64,000 nucleotides of DNA from Cenococcum geophilum (Eukaryota): positions 6,758,001-6,822,000 of the forward strand of contig CP158635.1 of NCBI GenBank assembly GCA_050273025.1, read 5' to 3'. The translations under genes and the position numbers were made by a program. Shown piece by piece: positions 1-14,234 of the stretch (the stretch's first letter is position 1; each line of letters starts with the position of its first letter). Under the pieces are notes generated by a model. It saw only the letters and a program-made list of their open reading frames with translations. It was not told the DNA's origin and did not search any database.

Positions 1-1222
1 GCTTACTATCCGATATTAGAATAGTAGGGTTAAACCCAAGCTGCTCCTTATTTATCTAGAGAAATCCCAACATTACTAAGGTAAATTATAGTCCGTCTTT
101 ATTAATATTAAATAGTAATAATGCGATGCCTCCTACCTGGTTATACTCCTATAGCCGTATAATAGATCTATAGAGGGTAAAGCCTAGAACAAAGTGACGA
201 GTGTCCTAAGCGGCGAAGACTTCTCTTATATATTTTCCTAAATTAAACCATGCCTACAAAGCTATATTGGTGTTTAAATTACTTTTTAGCTCTTCTAGCA
301 TAAGTATATGCGACTAATAGCATTAAGAGCTTTTGCTAGCTATTAGATTATCTATAAAACCGATATCTAGCTTTCGCTTTGCTGTAGACCCTTATAAGGG
401 CTGCTCGGTATATACGATAAGCGTTCGTTATATCTTTAGGGCGGACCTATACTCCTCTATAAAGCCCAAAAATAATTTAATTAGGTTATTAAACCACTCT
501 AGGATATTAATCTGCTCTGCGCTTTTAGGCCAGTCACGCCAGCCGCCCTTAGCGTATAGTAGATTGTCCCCTTCCTTACATTTCTTAAAAACGGCGGCGC
601 TTACCTCTTTAAGACCTTTTACTTCCCTAAAGAATGCTTTATATAAGCCAGGAATCCCCATATAAAGAGAGCCTAGCTCCTCCTTTAGAATATAATCTAT
701 ATATTTCCTATATTTAGACGAGTTAGTAAAGCTGCTTATATTACGTAGATGTGGGGTTTATTAAATATAGAGTGGCAGCGGTTAGGGGGGAGGCGTGGAC
801 TCTATTATAGTGGTGATAGTATTACTCTAAACGTCCTTATCCGATTCGCGATTGATAACTATTTTTAAGAGAGGGGTGAACCGTTTGATATTAAAGTCAT
901 TAAAATTAACTAAAGGGAGGAGTTAGAGAAGGTTACTATAAAGAGTGCCGCGGCCAGCGCTAGACGGGAGTAGTTAAGCAGCGAGAAGGTTCTGTAATGC
1001 CAAAATAAGGTCGACTATAAGATTTTTAAGCCCTATGTGTGTTAGAGAGAACCTATAATAGATAAATTAACAATTACCTTTATAGCCTATCTGGCGTAAC
1101 AAGTCCGGAGAGCTAGGGATGCCTAGATCCTAATAAGTTAAGTTAAATAAATTATAAAAGCCATTCAGTCCTTCCCTAATAGGATTAGTTTTAATTATCT
1201 CTAATTTAGAGAGATTTGCTAT
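1..1222 (-). pseudogene. FunK1-type fungal protein kinase (Pkinase_fungal), N-terminal half, RIP-inactivated, runs off the window
   Basis: Minus-strand translation gives GIPGLYKAFF..GGWRDWPKSA..RKLDIGF..ELKSN..LGKYIREVFAA*DTRHFVLGFTL..GGIA..EQLGFNPTI, with multiple RIP stops. Confidence 0.85.
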
Positions 1223-2575
1223 TATAAGTAAACGCGTTAAAAGCTACGTTAGGAGGGCCAATATAGTAAGCAGGTAGGTAGGCAAGGGGGGATTAAAGAG
1301 ACTAGCATATAAGGATGGTATAATAGCAGAGAAGTAAATAAGTATAGGGAGATTAAATATATATCGGGCGCGTCTTAAAATAAGGGAATAGCAAGAGAGG
1401 AAAGTGTAAGGGAGAAAGTAAGGTATGAGCGGAATGTAAGGAGGATTTAAAGGTTAGGCGTAGAAAAGTTAAGCCAATCTAATATAGCTTAGACTAAGGC
1501 TTTACGGGGCTTAGTTAAATGCTAAACTATAATAACCTAAAGTGCAGGAACATCGTTTGCAGTCCTAGTTATATAGGTTAAAAATATAGTGCGTATATAG
1601 GGTTCTAGTATTATTAGAAAGTTACAGGCAGTATTTATTAGTAATTATAGTTATTAGCTTTTAGTTTATTCCATGACGCGTAAAGCTTAAATAGAGTAAG
1701 GCTCTAATATAGCGATGCTAAAAGGCGCTAGGTAAAGTATAGCTGGCGACAGTGGGTTAATTATTAGGTTGGTTATATAAGCACCTATAATCAATTACGT
1801 GGCTAGTCCTAAAACGAGTTAAACCTAATATACTAAATATAGATATAGCCAACCCTATTTCACAGCGTTTAATCAACCTATTTCCCGTAACTAGGATCTA
1901 ATTCTTAGAACCGGATCCTTTTTCGAAATCACGCCCTTTTTATAGTAGTTAATTAGTCTACTTTATAAACCCAAATCAGAATCTTGGTTTTAGAATTAGA
2001 TTCCGTTCCTAAAATTATAACTTAAGCTATAACTAAAAATAGCTCCTTTCTTCCAAGACCGTTAAACCGCTTAGCTTAACGCTATACCTTTTTAGCTATA
2101 TTTGGTACGTTTAGCTTAGAATTAGGATAGGATAGAGTCTTTAGAATTAGATCTAGTTCTTAAAATAAAATCCTATTTTTAGAGTTATAACTTAGGCCAA
2201 TATTAAGAGAGATATTCTATATTTATTCTTAATATTTCCACCTTATTAATATAAAATTTAGAGTTAACCTACACCCTAGTTACCTACAAAAACGCCAAAG
2301 ACTTTAACACCTTAACTTTAATTCTTTGCGGAGGACTAGTAAGTTATAGGGCGGCTGACTTATTACTACCAAGTATATAAAGGTGGAGGACTTTACTATA
2401 AGCGAGTTCTTAACTTTAATTTAATATATATATAAACGATAACGAGATACTCTTAATATAGAAGTAACTAGATAGAAAAATAATACCGAGCTAAAGAAAT
2501 CCTAATTAGCGCCTTAATTCTTAACGCTAGAAAATAAGAACGTAATTGCGAAAATCTTTTCTTATAAAAAATTTC

Positions 2576-3493
2576 TCATTTCTTTAGCTTCTTAGAGGCT
2601 CCATCTACGGTGCAATCCACCTTTCTTTTATGTGTCCCTCTCCTTAATAGATCTAAATAATTATCTGGCGCCTCTCCTGGTTGGTCTCTTTACTTATATA
2701 GTTTACCCTTTTAAGCTATCTCTATTATAACATCTTTAAGCGGTTTATATATTATAACATAACAACAGAGGTAACGTGGGTTCTTAGTATAGTATAATAT
2801 AAGTTTCTTATGCGGTATACCCGCGGGTAAAACCTAGGTAGGATACCAGTATACTACTACAATAGGACCATATATAGATATAACTGATCTATATCTAGGG
2901 TTTCGGAGACACTTTAAATCCTCTATTATATAGCAAGTTAGCAACCACGATAAGAGATACTTTAATTATCCGTCTAAAATTATAGCATTGGAAATTGTTA
3001 ATACTTTAGTTAGGGGAGATATATCTCTAAGGAAGTTTATATAATTAGCTAAACTATTCTCTGCTTAACTATTAGTATTGCTAAAAAATATATAGGTGTT
3101 TTATAAACATACCTAGAGGTACTGGTAAACCTTTAATATGGCCCTCTTTTAGTTAAGGTAAGTCTATTTTAGCCTCGCTACGGCCCTTTATTGGCTTAGG
3201 TAAGACTGTTTTAGTTTCGCTACGGCCTTCTAGGCTCTTAAGGTAATTAGTATACATTTCCGTATCCTCTTATATGTCACCCTCCGTATTATTATTAATT
3301 TTATAAGAGTTAACCTTATTAGGTGTTTAAGTAGGCGTATAAGGCATCTATTTCTATATAGGGTCGGAAAGCTATAATTATTTCTTCTCTCTACTGGCAG
3401 ATGCTATATCTTTATTGTTAATGCGATTCTAGGATAATTTAAGGTTTCCAGCAAGTTAATAAATAGGTATGTTATCTTCGGGGCGATAGCATA
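2576..3493 (-). pseudogene. Small orphan gene with chromo-like motifs, one intron
   Basis: Translation includes LKYLLSWL and VVVYWYPT*VLP and a basic C-terminus (HKRKVDCTVDGASKKLKK). A GTATGT..CTAAT..CAG intron lies near 3062-3111. Confidence 0.4.
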
Positions 3494-4009
3494 TTATAAT
3501 ATTTTTATAAGTACTAATTAAGGACCTATAGGTTATATTAGTAACATATCTAAGCTTAGTTAAGGTAATATATATAATGTCTAGTATTCTTATAGGGATA
3601 TTAAGAGATGTTAAGGGATGTATGGTCAAGAGGTTAAATTTAAAGGTAAGTTAAATTAATGGTATATAAAAACCAGGAGCACGATATTTATATTCTATTT
3701 CTCTCCTAAGGCGGAGTTAGGACAGAAGGTAGAAGGGAAAGGCGGAGTATACTAGCCGCCCTTTTCCACTTTATGTGGTATCTATAGTACAATATTTAGT
3801 AGCTATAATTACTCTTAGCTTACATATCGTCTGCGCCCGAGACTATAGGTGCCTAGAGTAATCCATAAGTAAGGCATTATTAGGGGTAGCCATTGGCTAA
3901 GCTGCTGCTAAACTTAAATAGCTGACGATCCCTAACGGACGCTGCATGCCTTAGCAGGGTTTAGAAGCGTTTATATAAAGTTATAAACTAGAATTAGAAG
4001 TTAACAATA

Positions 4010-7002
4010 ACCCCTAATAACGCCTCTTTTAGCAGGAATAGCATTATATAATCCACTTCCAACGCCTATCCTTCTTAGAGCAAGACACTGCCTAAGCAGT
4101 AGACTTATCCTAGCCAGTCAATCTTATATATTAACCCCCCATCTATAGTAAAGGAGCTATTGGTGCCTCTAGGGTGGTTTAGTTACTATTCTAGCTAAGC
4201 CCTTTATAAGCGCTCCGCCTTATATAGGCGGTAATTAACTCCTATTAATCTACCTTGCGTTAGGGGAGATCTTTTACTTAAGGTACTAAGCAGCTGGTAC
4301 TTAGAGGTCTATAGACATATTCTATATCCCAATAACATTAACCATAATTTCTCCTTAAGTAGTATCTGTAACCCCAAATACCTACAAGTATAGCGTCCCT
4401 AAATTATTAGCTAGTAAATAGGCGTTTATAGATAAAGAAACCAACTTTAGAAATAACGGTAATGTAGAGGCGTTAGCTAGTTAGGAAAGTAACTTTAGTA
4501 ATAAGGATTAAGAATAGGACGCAGAGACATTATATAACGGAGAAAATGGTTTTAGTACTAAAGATTAAGAAATAGGGGTAGATAGTAATAAAGAGATATC
4601 AAGCGACGAGGCTATATAGGCGACGGTTAGATACGGTGGCCTTAGCTTTATAGTCTTAAATCTATAAGTACAGGATATAAATATAAAGAAGATTTCTAAT
4701 AAAAGCTGGTAAAAGGGTTAAAACTTTAGCCACTTTTTATTTAGCCTATCGCGAAACAAAATAATATTTTATTATTCCTACCAGAGTCTCTGCCCGCTTG
4801 ACTTATAGCGAGCTATAAAGTATTCGCGATAATCTATGCTTTTACTCAGATGAATTTATTCACTACTTTAAAAGCGATAATAGAAGGAAAATCTATGCTA
4901 ATAACCTAGGATTTTTTAAATTTCTTATAGACCTAGGACACATGCCACCTTAGTAACTATTAGTCGTGTTTAAGACTATAGTACTTATAGATTTATATCT
5001 TAAGGATATAAACATATTTTTTTATAGTATTTTCTTTTTATTTAAATCATTTCTCTGCTTATAGTATACAGCGGTTATTTATCTATTCCGGTGTAGTAGG
5101 GAGGGGTAGTTAGGTTACGCGAGAGGGCTTAAACTTATAGCTATGCTTATAGGGCTATTTATATAGAAACTTCTCTAAGTATATATAAGGGGTCTTTATA
5201 TAGGAACTTCTTTAATATTTCTAGATCTAGGACTTATATATTTCTTTTTTTTATAGTTCTAGTATTTTCCTAACATTTACTTCCTATTTATATACTAGGC
5301 GTTAATAGAGGGCGCTAGGTCAGATCACCCTGCTTATACAATTACTCTACTTATATAATCACTCTATTTACACAATCGCCTAGCTTACACAATTACCTAG
5401 TTCGCACGATCACCCAGCTCGCACAATTACCCAGCTCGCACAATCACCTAGTTTATATAATCGCCCAGCTCGCACGATTACCTAGCTTATAGGATTACCT
5501 AGCTCCCACAAGCACTATACTCGCACGGTTACCTAGCTCGCACAATCACCTAGCTCGTAGAATCGGCTAGCTCCCACGAGTATCTAGCTCGCACGATCAC
5601 CCAGTTCGCACGATCGCCTAGCTCGCATGATTACCTAGCTCGTAGGATCGGCCAGCCCCTACAAGCATCCAGCTCGCATAATTAAAGCTAAAGTTATTAA
5701 ACCCATTAATACCCTATTTACACGCTAGGAATTAATTAAAGGGCGCTAGGTTAGACCACTCTACTTACACGATTACCTAGCTTATAGGATCCCCTAGCTC
5801 CCACGAGCCCCTAGCTTCCACAACCTCCTAGCTCACAGGACTAAAGCCGCAGCCACTAAATCTGTTAAGATCCTAGCTGCATATTTAGAGGACGCTACGC
5901 CTAACTACCTAGCTTACTATTTTTATAGAATTCCTTAATTAATCAACAGTGCCTATTCTGAAAATATCCCTTAATAACTTCCTATAATAGAAATTTCTTA
6001 TTACATAATTCTATAAGGAGATTCACTTCCTTAACTATCTATACTGGCTCTTTAGCGCGAAGGATATAGCTATAATAGCGCTAATATATACCCAGTGTTC
6101 TCCCCAATAGGGCTTTTATAATATTATCCTATAATAAAACTATAAGTAATACCTAGTAACCTAGCTCTATAAGGATTTAATCTTTATAGGGTATCTAATT
6201 TTAAGACTAGGGCTCCTACAAGGCTTTATTTGCAACAATAATCTTTAAAATATTAGCAAAGCTATTAGAAGTTGCATCTAAGAAAAGAAACTAACCGGCG
6301 ATATACGCCAAAACTCTATATCTAGGTTATAGGGTTATAAGAGATCCCACATATTACTTAACCTAGCAAACATAAATAACATATAGCCTCGGTAGGATAA
6401 GGTATAAGACGTATAGGATTAGGTATATCTCCAAAATTTAAGCTAGCGAATGCGGTACCTATTTGGCAATATTTATAAATAGAAACCTGTCCTGCCTTAA
6501 AAAGTATATAATAGCTTTTTCTTTATTTGTCCATTTACTACTTACTCCGGCATTAAGAAAAAGGCTATAATATTTTTACTTACAACCTGGTGTTGGTCTA
6601 TTAAGTTTAGACGAAATGCTACCCTAACCATTACTATCCTTAAAGGTTGTATTAATTAACTTAAATTGTTCCTTAACTAACTAAGACTTATATGCAGATG
6701 CTAAGGGCTTGTTGTTTATATAAGGGCTAGTTAAGTTATACTTTATAAAGTATTAGTGGAGTCTTACTAGGGAAAGGCCAATAGTGTAAACTAATAGTTT
6801 AGGTAGTTTTTAGAGAGCTAAGTTAATTAATATTAAGCGGGTAATTGGCGCTAGTAGCTCTAGATTAACTATTATTGGTAAAACCCTTACTAAACGCTGG
6901 ACTGGTTGCTCTTAACTTATCAGGAATATTTATAAAGTGAACTTTATTATCTAGATTAATAGATTTTATTAACGTTAAAAATGATAGTAATGGATTGCAT
7001 TA
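4010..7002 (-). pseudogene. Long cargo gene with a Myb/SANT-like motif and an internal 6-aa repeat tract
   Basis: KWTNKEKAIIYFLRQDRFLFINIAK*VPH near 6450-6540 is Myb-like. An 18-bp coding repeat occupies 5320-5860. The exact gene structure is unresolved. Confidence 0.4.
5320..5860. repeat. 18-bp tandem minisatellite (consensus ~CACGATCACCCAGCTCG-like; CELGDR-type 6-aa repeat on the minus strand)
   Basis: More than 20 degenerate copies are directly visible, in two blocks separated by a spacer. Confidence 0.9.
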
Positions 7003-8658
7003 CCAGAGTAATTAATTGAAGTGCATCTTGTATTAAAACTGCAAGAGGTATAGTAGGAGCGTTAGCAGTAATTAGGAGGACATTTAGCGGAATATATCCA
7101 TTTAATAACACTAGGCGGCTAATAAATACAATAACGCTACTAATATAACTCCCCCTTAATGCATAAGCGCTGCAATTTTAAGAATTTTAGACGCATATAC
7201 ATAAATTCACATTATAGTGTAAGCGGATTTATTTAAAGACTAGAGGATTAATTTTAATTATATACCAAAATCTTAACTCTAAGCTAGATATAAAAAACTA
7301 CTATTAAAGGTCCGTAATATTAACGAGTGGACGTGGCTTCTATAAGAGAGCACTATTTACACCTTTCTCTTTAATATAGTCCTGCAAGTCTTAGAGAATC
7401 GCCTAGATTATAGTCTCTAATTTAATTAGAATAGATACTATATAAAAGATATTAAATATACTTAGACTTATAATACGTTAGAGCGATTATATATTAACTT
7501 AGAGAAAGCAGATATATAGATAATATCCTATACTTTTTACTCTCTAGTTCTTTTATAAAGAACACTAAGGAAATCCCGTAGAGGCTTAGGGAACGAATAA
7601 ATTATTTTATAAGAGAGTATATCTATAGTCCTCTTATAAGTTAGAGTCTTATCTATTAGAGTCTTATCTAGGCAAGTGCTAAGAATTTCACTTAATATTA
7701 TATTATTAAGTGTTTGGGGTACTTGTCAGTATTATATATATACAGAATCTACCAGACCCCTAAATGCCCTTTACTAGTTACTTAGGCCCATAGTAATTTA
7801 ATTAAACAATAGACCGGTGCTAGGACGCTTAGAATTATCCAACTTAGAAGGTATTGTTTTCTCGCTTTACGAGCTCTCTGCAGGCCAACTAATCCCAGTA
7901 ATAAAAAACGCCTTTTCCAAATCCACCTTAACAGATCACGGGGTATTCGCTCGTTAATAAAGCTTAGTAATTAATGCACCGTATCTAGAATCTTAATCCT
8001 AACCATAAGCGGCTGTTAAAGTACCAATAATTAATATAAGAGGCAGCTAAATACAACGCTTTAAGAAACTAATAGTCGGCGTAATCTAGCGAGTTGTGGC
8101 TTTAATAAGCAAGCTAATAGTTAAATAAGCATCTATATTAAAAAGTAAAGAGCGGCCGTAAATAGTTAGCGGAAATAGGATAAGCTAGGGAATGGTTTAA
8201 AAGGAGCGGTAAAAATAGTAAAGTAGGGTAGTAATAAATAAAAGATATAGAAGACGCGTTAAGGCAACCGGTAGAGCGGGCGATAAAGGCAATTATATAT
8301 CCCTAGTATAACAGGGCGGAAATTAGCTCTATATATTAGGTATTTCTATATCCTTTCCTTTAGATAGCATCCTTGGATCTATTAAGGCGTCTTACTCTTT
8401 GGCTCCTTAAGGAAGAAATCGTTATAAATTATATATCCTACGCGTTAGTTAGAAAAGGAATCCTCTAATAGCATTAAGGCTTACGGCCTTTTGCGATAGA
8501 ATGAGCTGTATCACTAAATATTTCATATTGCACGCCTAATTAAGTTTGCGACTTATATCGCCTCCTATCTCAGCTAAAAAAGAGGTTTAATTTTTAACTA
8601 CGCATTATAAGTAAAAGCAAGGTTAATAATCGCTACTATATTAGCGCAGCTTTAATAA

Positions 8659-8733
8659 GGGCCTTACGCCAATTACATTGCTTTAATTAAGTACGCGATA
8701 CTTAATTAAAGCAATATAATTGGCGTAAGGCTC
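8659..8733. repeat. Near-perfect 35-bp-arm hairpin
   Basis: gggccttacgccaattacattgctttaattaagta, a 5-nt loop, then tacttaattaaagcaatataattggcgtaaggctc. Confidence 0.9.
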
Positions 8734-8843
8734 TTCTAAGTTTTGGGGGCGCTAGCGACCTGCTAGGGAATTAAGAGCGGAGGGGAACTGCACTTAACTA
8801 CTCTTTTATCTTAATATAAATTATATAACTTATAACCCACTAT

Positions 8844-10925
8844 TATAGACTTTAGTATTGCAGTAGCCTTAAATCTTATCCGCAATGCTTTTAATAAGTA
8901 GCTTTAACCTTATCTCCCTAATATTATATATACTATTTAAAGGCTCCAGAAGCTTCCTATTAATACCTTTTAATATTTACCGCCTCTCTTAGAGAATAAA
9001 CGCGGCCACTATAATTCGCTCTACGCTCCTCTAGGGAGTAAGGATATCTAGCCTTCTCTAGGGAATTAGGATGTTGTTTAGCCTTTTCTAGGGAATAAAG
9101 ATAATGCTATCTAGTCTTCTCTAAGGAGTATCTAGCCTTCTCTAGGGAATAAAGATGTTATTAAGCCTTCTCTAGAGAGTGAGGATGTTTAGCCTTTTCT
9201 AGGGAATAAGGATAATGTTATCTAGCCTTCTCTAGGGAGTGTCTAGCCTTCTTTAAGGAATAAGGTTGCTTCTCTACCTCCCCTTTTACTTAAATATGCG
9301 AACCTATTTAACGCATTATTGGTAAACCTCTCTAAGATTAAGACATTCGTTAATATATCTATAGGGAAAGATCTAAAGGCTATTATTGGCGAACCAAAGT
9401 GGTTAAACGAATATCCCCTTATTAAGGATCTTATTACTACTAATAGTAATTTATTAAATAACGCTATTTTTCAAAAACTTCTTAGCTAATAGACGCTTGC
9501 GGATTCTTTTAAGAAATGGCAACTAAAGTCTATAGGTGCGTTAAGGATTAAAAGTTTAGTTAAAAGTCAAGCCGCTTCCGTAAAGGGAGTTAGCTATATT
9601 ATATTATTTGTAAGAAGTATAGGATGTTATAACGTTACTAAAGCGGCTTTAGCTATTAGATATAGAATTAAGCTTTATATTATATAAAGGCTTAAAGGGG
9701 CAGGGCTATTAGTTCTCTTAGCCTTTACCTATAACGCCTGCTAGAGATTAAATTTACCTAATATTAACGATTTTCTTATGGCTTTACGGCACCGGTCTTA
9801 TTTTATAATATTTAAAATTATATAAAAATGTTTAGTTTAGATAGAACAGTGTTAAGAGCTTTATTCTAGTTAGATACTTTCTCTTAGACCAACATATCTT
9901 AGTACTACCAACCCGCCCTAGCCGAGCCCGAAAAAGCGAATTTCCTCCCCTTATAAACGCCCCTATGTAGAAGTTGCTAAACCTAGGGATCCTATATCAG
10001 TGTATAATTACTAACGCGCAAATCTAATAATATTGCACCCTCCTTAGCTACTAATAACGGCCTTAATGAATAGCATATAGATATATAAGAGTAGTTATGC
10101 TTCTAAATAGCAGTATCTCTAATTTATTATAGGCCATGGAATATCTTCTCTATGATTTATTAAATAATATCCTTAAGCCTCTAAGCCGGCGGGCGAATCC
10201 CTTATACCACGCCTTAGTTAAAAACGCTTGTTATAAGATTTCCCTACCCCTTTTAATACCCGCGGCAACCTTACGTAAAGATACCTAAATATAAATAGCA
10301 TAGCGTGTTTAAATGGAAACCCTAGCAGCTCTAGTTTTATAGACGTTAGTAATAATAGTGAATAAATAAGCTATAATAAGGCGCAATAGGTATATAAAGA
10401 CTAAATTAACGGTAATACGCCACCGGCAATTAGAAATAGCGAATAGATAAGCTATAATAAGGCGTAATAGATGTACGGAGACTAAATTAACGGTAATATA
10501 CTACTAGGAATTGGTAACAGCGAATAAATAGGCTATAATAAGGCGCAATAGGTGTATAGAGACCAAATCGGTGGTAATACGCTACTGGCGATTAGTAATA
10601 GTGAATAGATAAGCTATAGCTCCGCGCAATGGGTATATAATAAGTCCCTTAATAGTGCGGTTGCTATAAGTTCTGCTTACAGGTGTTAGTGAATTTCTTC
10701 TAAAACTCTTATATTGTTATATACCCCAGTTTTAGGTTTTTAACGTGGTATAATAATGGTTTAATAATATCCCTTATTAAGTAGAACTAGCAGTTTAAGC
10801 TTAGCTAATAATTAGCACCGTAATTATTACACTAACGCTACCTCTACTCCCGTTCTATTCTACCTATTATAAACTAGCCTAGTAATAGCCCTACCTACTT
10901 TCTAAATACGGGATAGTATAACTAA
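8844..10925 (+). pseudogene. Orphan cargo gene with QPSPGNED-like repeats and 27-aa (81-bp) repeats
   Basis: The frame is continuous once RIP changes are reversed (DFSIAVALNLIRNAF..., ...GEPKWLNEYPL...). Tandem repeats lie at 9030-9260 and 10360-10640, with a probable intron near 9870-9920. Confidence 0.5.
10360..10640. repeat. 81-bp tandem repeat, ~3.5 copies
   Basis: Units beginning gaata(a/g)ata start at 10360, 10441, 10522 and 10603. Confidence 0.9.
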
Positions 10926-13544
10926 GCGGGACCTAGGAGTCCTAATAAGGGCTAAAAGCTAATATGCACACCACTAAATCGTTTAGATATTACATTAAAA
11001 TACGTCGTCCTATAAAATAGACTATTAGGCCTATATATAAAGAGTTTATATTAACTGCTCTAACTCCTAACTTTAGTAGTATTTCTGATATCTTTAACTT
11101 AAATTCCTTATTTACGTTAGCTGCTAGAGTTACTATACTAAAGTAAACCACGTTAAATATACTATTTTCGCAAGCTTACGCGCTTTATTACTTTCCGTAG
11201 TATCCGTTAAGGCGATAGTAGGTATAGTTTTAGTTAGCGTAGTCTTCTAGATCTTCTATATCGCCTCCTCTAGGCTAGATTATGTGAGGTCTGCGTGCGA
11301 CTTGTTGATTATAAATACTATATATATCCTATTCTGGTAATCCTTCGTTAGAGTTTTATACTTACTTATTTTTTGCGTTACTATATCCAATTTTACGAGC
11401 TCGCTGCGAGTAAAATTGTCTAAGTAGTAGGGCAGTTTAGAGGGGTAGGCTTATTAGCCTATTTATATTTCGCGTGCTAGGTATACTAATTTGCTAACGT
11501 GTATAGATATTAAAATGCTTAGCATTTCAAATAAGCCTTAAATATTTAATACCTTAACACTTAGGCTTTACCATTTTTATTAATAAGGATTTAGTAGTAA
11601 TGTTTTTAATGCCTTAAATATACCGCTAAAATAAGATTAATATATATAATGGCCGCTGTGCGGGCCGCTATATATATTAAACGCTTGGCATCTTATCCCG
11701 CGTGGATGTATTTATAGTGCCCTTCCTACCCTTTAATATATCTAGTGGCCCAGACTTCTTACCTAGCTATAATAAGGCCTATAAATGGTATATAGCACGC
11801 ACTATAACCTCTTAACAATTTTTATTAATTACTGCCCCCGCTCCTATCCACGATTATATAGCTATGCTTTTAGAACTAATAAGTACCATATTTAACGCTT
11901 TTTTCTTTCTAAGTTAGACTGTTTAAGCCCTTAGGAGTAAGGATAAAGTGCACTTTAATTCACTACCCGCTAAAACGTTTACTAACTAACCCAGACCTTT
12001 TATATTATACTACTACCGAGAAAATACCTATTCTTGTTAAATATACCTAGAATAGAAGAGTATTATATACTCTTTAAAATGTCCGAAACTAGCTATAATA
12101 AAATAGCTGGAGTTTTTCCTAACGCTTAGGGAAAAGAACAGTTTAAATTTATTAAAGTAGGTTATAAATCTAGGTAATTTCTAATAAATCTTAAGCTTTA
12201 TAGGTTTTAAAATGGATCGGTTTCCGCTATAATCTACTTACTAAACCTAAGTACGCTTAAGTCCTAATATATTTTCGTATTAGTAGGATTAAAAAGCAGT
12301 TATATACTCTATTAGAAGCAGTAGGGCTAATATAAGGCGGGGAGCAAATTATAAAAAATATAAACGTGGTAAAATTAAAGGTTAAATAGTTAAAGTTGCT
12401 AGAGGGGTCTCTTAGTAACTTAGAAAAGAGTAACATAGAGGAGGGTTTACGTGCTCTAGGCTTTAAGATATAGTTTAACCGTATAGAATATCCATAGTAT
12501 ATGTTATATATTTGGGAAAACCTGCTATTTAGCTACTAGATTATTAATTCTCGTTTTAAATAGCATTAATTTCTCCTATTTTACTTTCTTCTTACTCCCT
12601 ATATTTTTAGAATTAAAGTCTACTATACCCCTACCTTATTAGTGCTGCTAGCTGTCCGCTATACTTTAGCCCGTTACTAATACTACAGTTAGAAAACCTT
12701 CTTTAGGGAATTTATTTACTAGGGGAATTTATTTACCAAGGGAATTATTACAAAGTTTTTACATTTTCGGGTGCAGTTAAGAAGATAAATAGTAGAAAAG
12801 AAATCCTGTAATAAATAGAGCGTAAGATATAGGATAATAGAAATTGTAATACGAGGTATAGTATAGAAGAGGACCGGGATAAAAATAGGGATGTGTATAA
12901 GGACGTATATAGGGAGGACATAGTCGCCGGGATTAAGGCTTTAGGGATTAATTTAAAGAAGAATATATCTCTTTACTAGCAACTGTTCCTTCCATAAATA
13001 GTATAGTAAAGGCTATTATATAACGTTTTCGTATTTCCACGTATAATTATAGCGTACCAATTTACACCTCCCCCTATACTACGTAATTACACTTATAGCT
13101 AGCCAAGCTAGGCTTCTCTACTTATAATAGGTTAGCCTCCTATATTCTACAAGCATACTCGGTTTTACCCTTTACTAATCTTTTACTACCTATAGCAAGG
13201 CTAGAACAGGCGTCTTCTTATATTTATACCGTCTAGTAAGTCGTATTTAGGCCTACCTTCGTGTATTTCATGCCGTTTATAGCCTAATTTAAATCTACGT
13301 ACTTCCTCGTTGCTCTAGTAAGAACTGCCACGCAATTTAACCTTACTAACACGTATATACTGCCTCTGCTAGGGTTTTACTAATTAATATATAAATAGGC
13401 CTCTAAGACCTCTATAGACCTCTAAAGGCCTCTAATAACCTCTAAAGACCGGCAATAACTTACCTACTAAGGCAAGCAGTATATAACCCGCCCCTTCTAT
13501 ATCTTTAGTAATCTAATCGCTACTCTTAGGTACCTATTGTTGTA

Positions 13545-14234
13545 ATGGATACGTCTAATAGAAGCCAAAAGTCAGCCTATTAGGTTCCAAAGTTAGGAGA
13601 AAAGATTTCTAAAGAGGATAAAAAACGAGATATTACCTTTATAGGATGGGAAGAAGGCGATTTACGTAAAGCAAAAGTAAGTAATTACCTATATTATAAG
13701 TAGCAGGTCCCTAATATCTTAAAGATTTATAAGATTATCGGCATTCTATATACTTAACCTAATATTCACCGGGCTATAGGTCCGATATATAATATAATTA
13801 TTTAAATAACTTTAGTTGTGCCACATTACCGTAGTGGCAGATTAGTTATAGCGGAAATTAATTATAATGGAACATTAATGAGGTCTAATTGCTTTTCCGG
13901 CGATATATAGTTTATAGAAGGTAGAAAGGAAGCTTTAGAATAATTGGATAAAGAGGTAAAGAAACTTAATAATGCCAACTAGACTACTGCGCCTCCCTTT
14001 TTGGTTAGATTGGCGTACTTTACTACCCTAATGCTTGCGATAGCTTTAGTACTTCCGTATAGGGAATAGTTAAGTTTATATAGAGGAACTACGCTGCTTA
14101 AATTGCTTAATTTCGTTTAAAGAATATAAGATCTTATACGGCTCACATAATGGTCTAGCAATTTGCTATTATTCTATAACTAAGCCCAAAGCCCTTATAC
14201 CTTCACGTTCGCCTATACTTACAACCCCCACTAA
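13545..14234 (+). pseudogene. Small orphan gene, one intron
   Basis: ATG MDTSNRSQK..TFIGWEEGDLRKAK, then a GTAAGT..CTAAT..AG intron (~13677-13724), then a long frame broken only by RIP-type stops. Confidence 0.5.

Noticed and set aside
5320..5860. CRISPR-like array
   Set aside because: The units are contiguous and degenerate 18-mers with no unique spacers, in a eukaryotic RIP context.
11000..12520. Additional minus-strand cargo gene (similar case at ~7140-8010)
   Set aside because: Coding-like stretches are visible, but I could not support any motif, start or exon structure.
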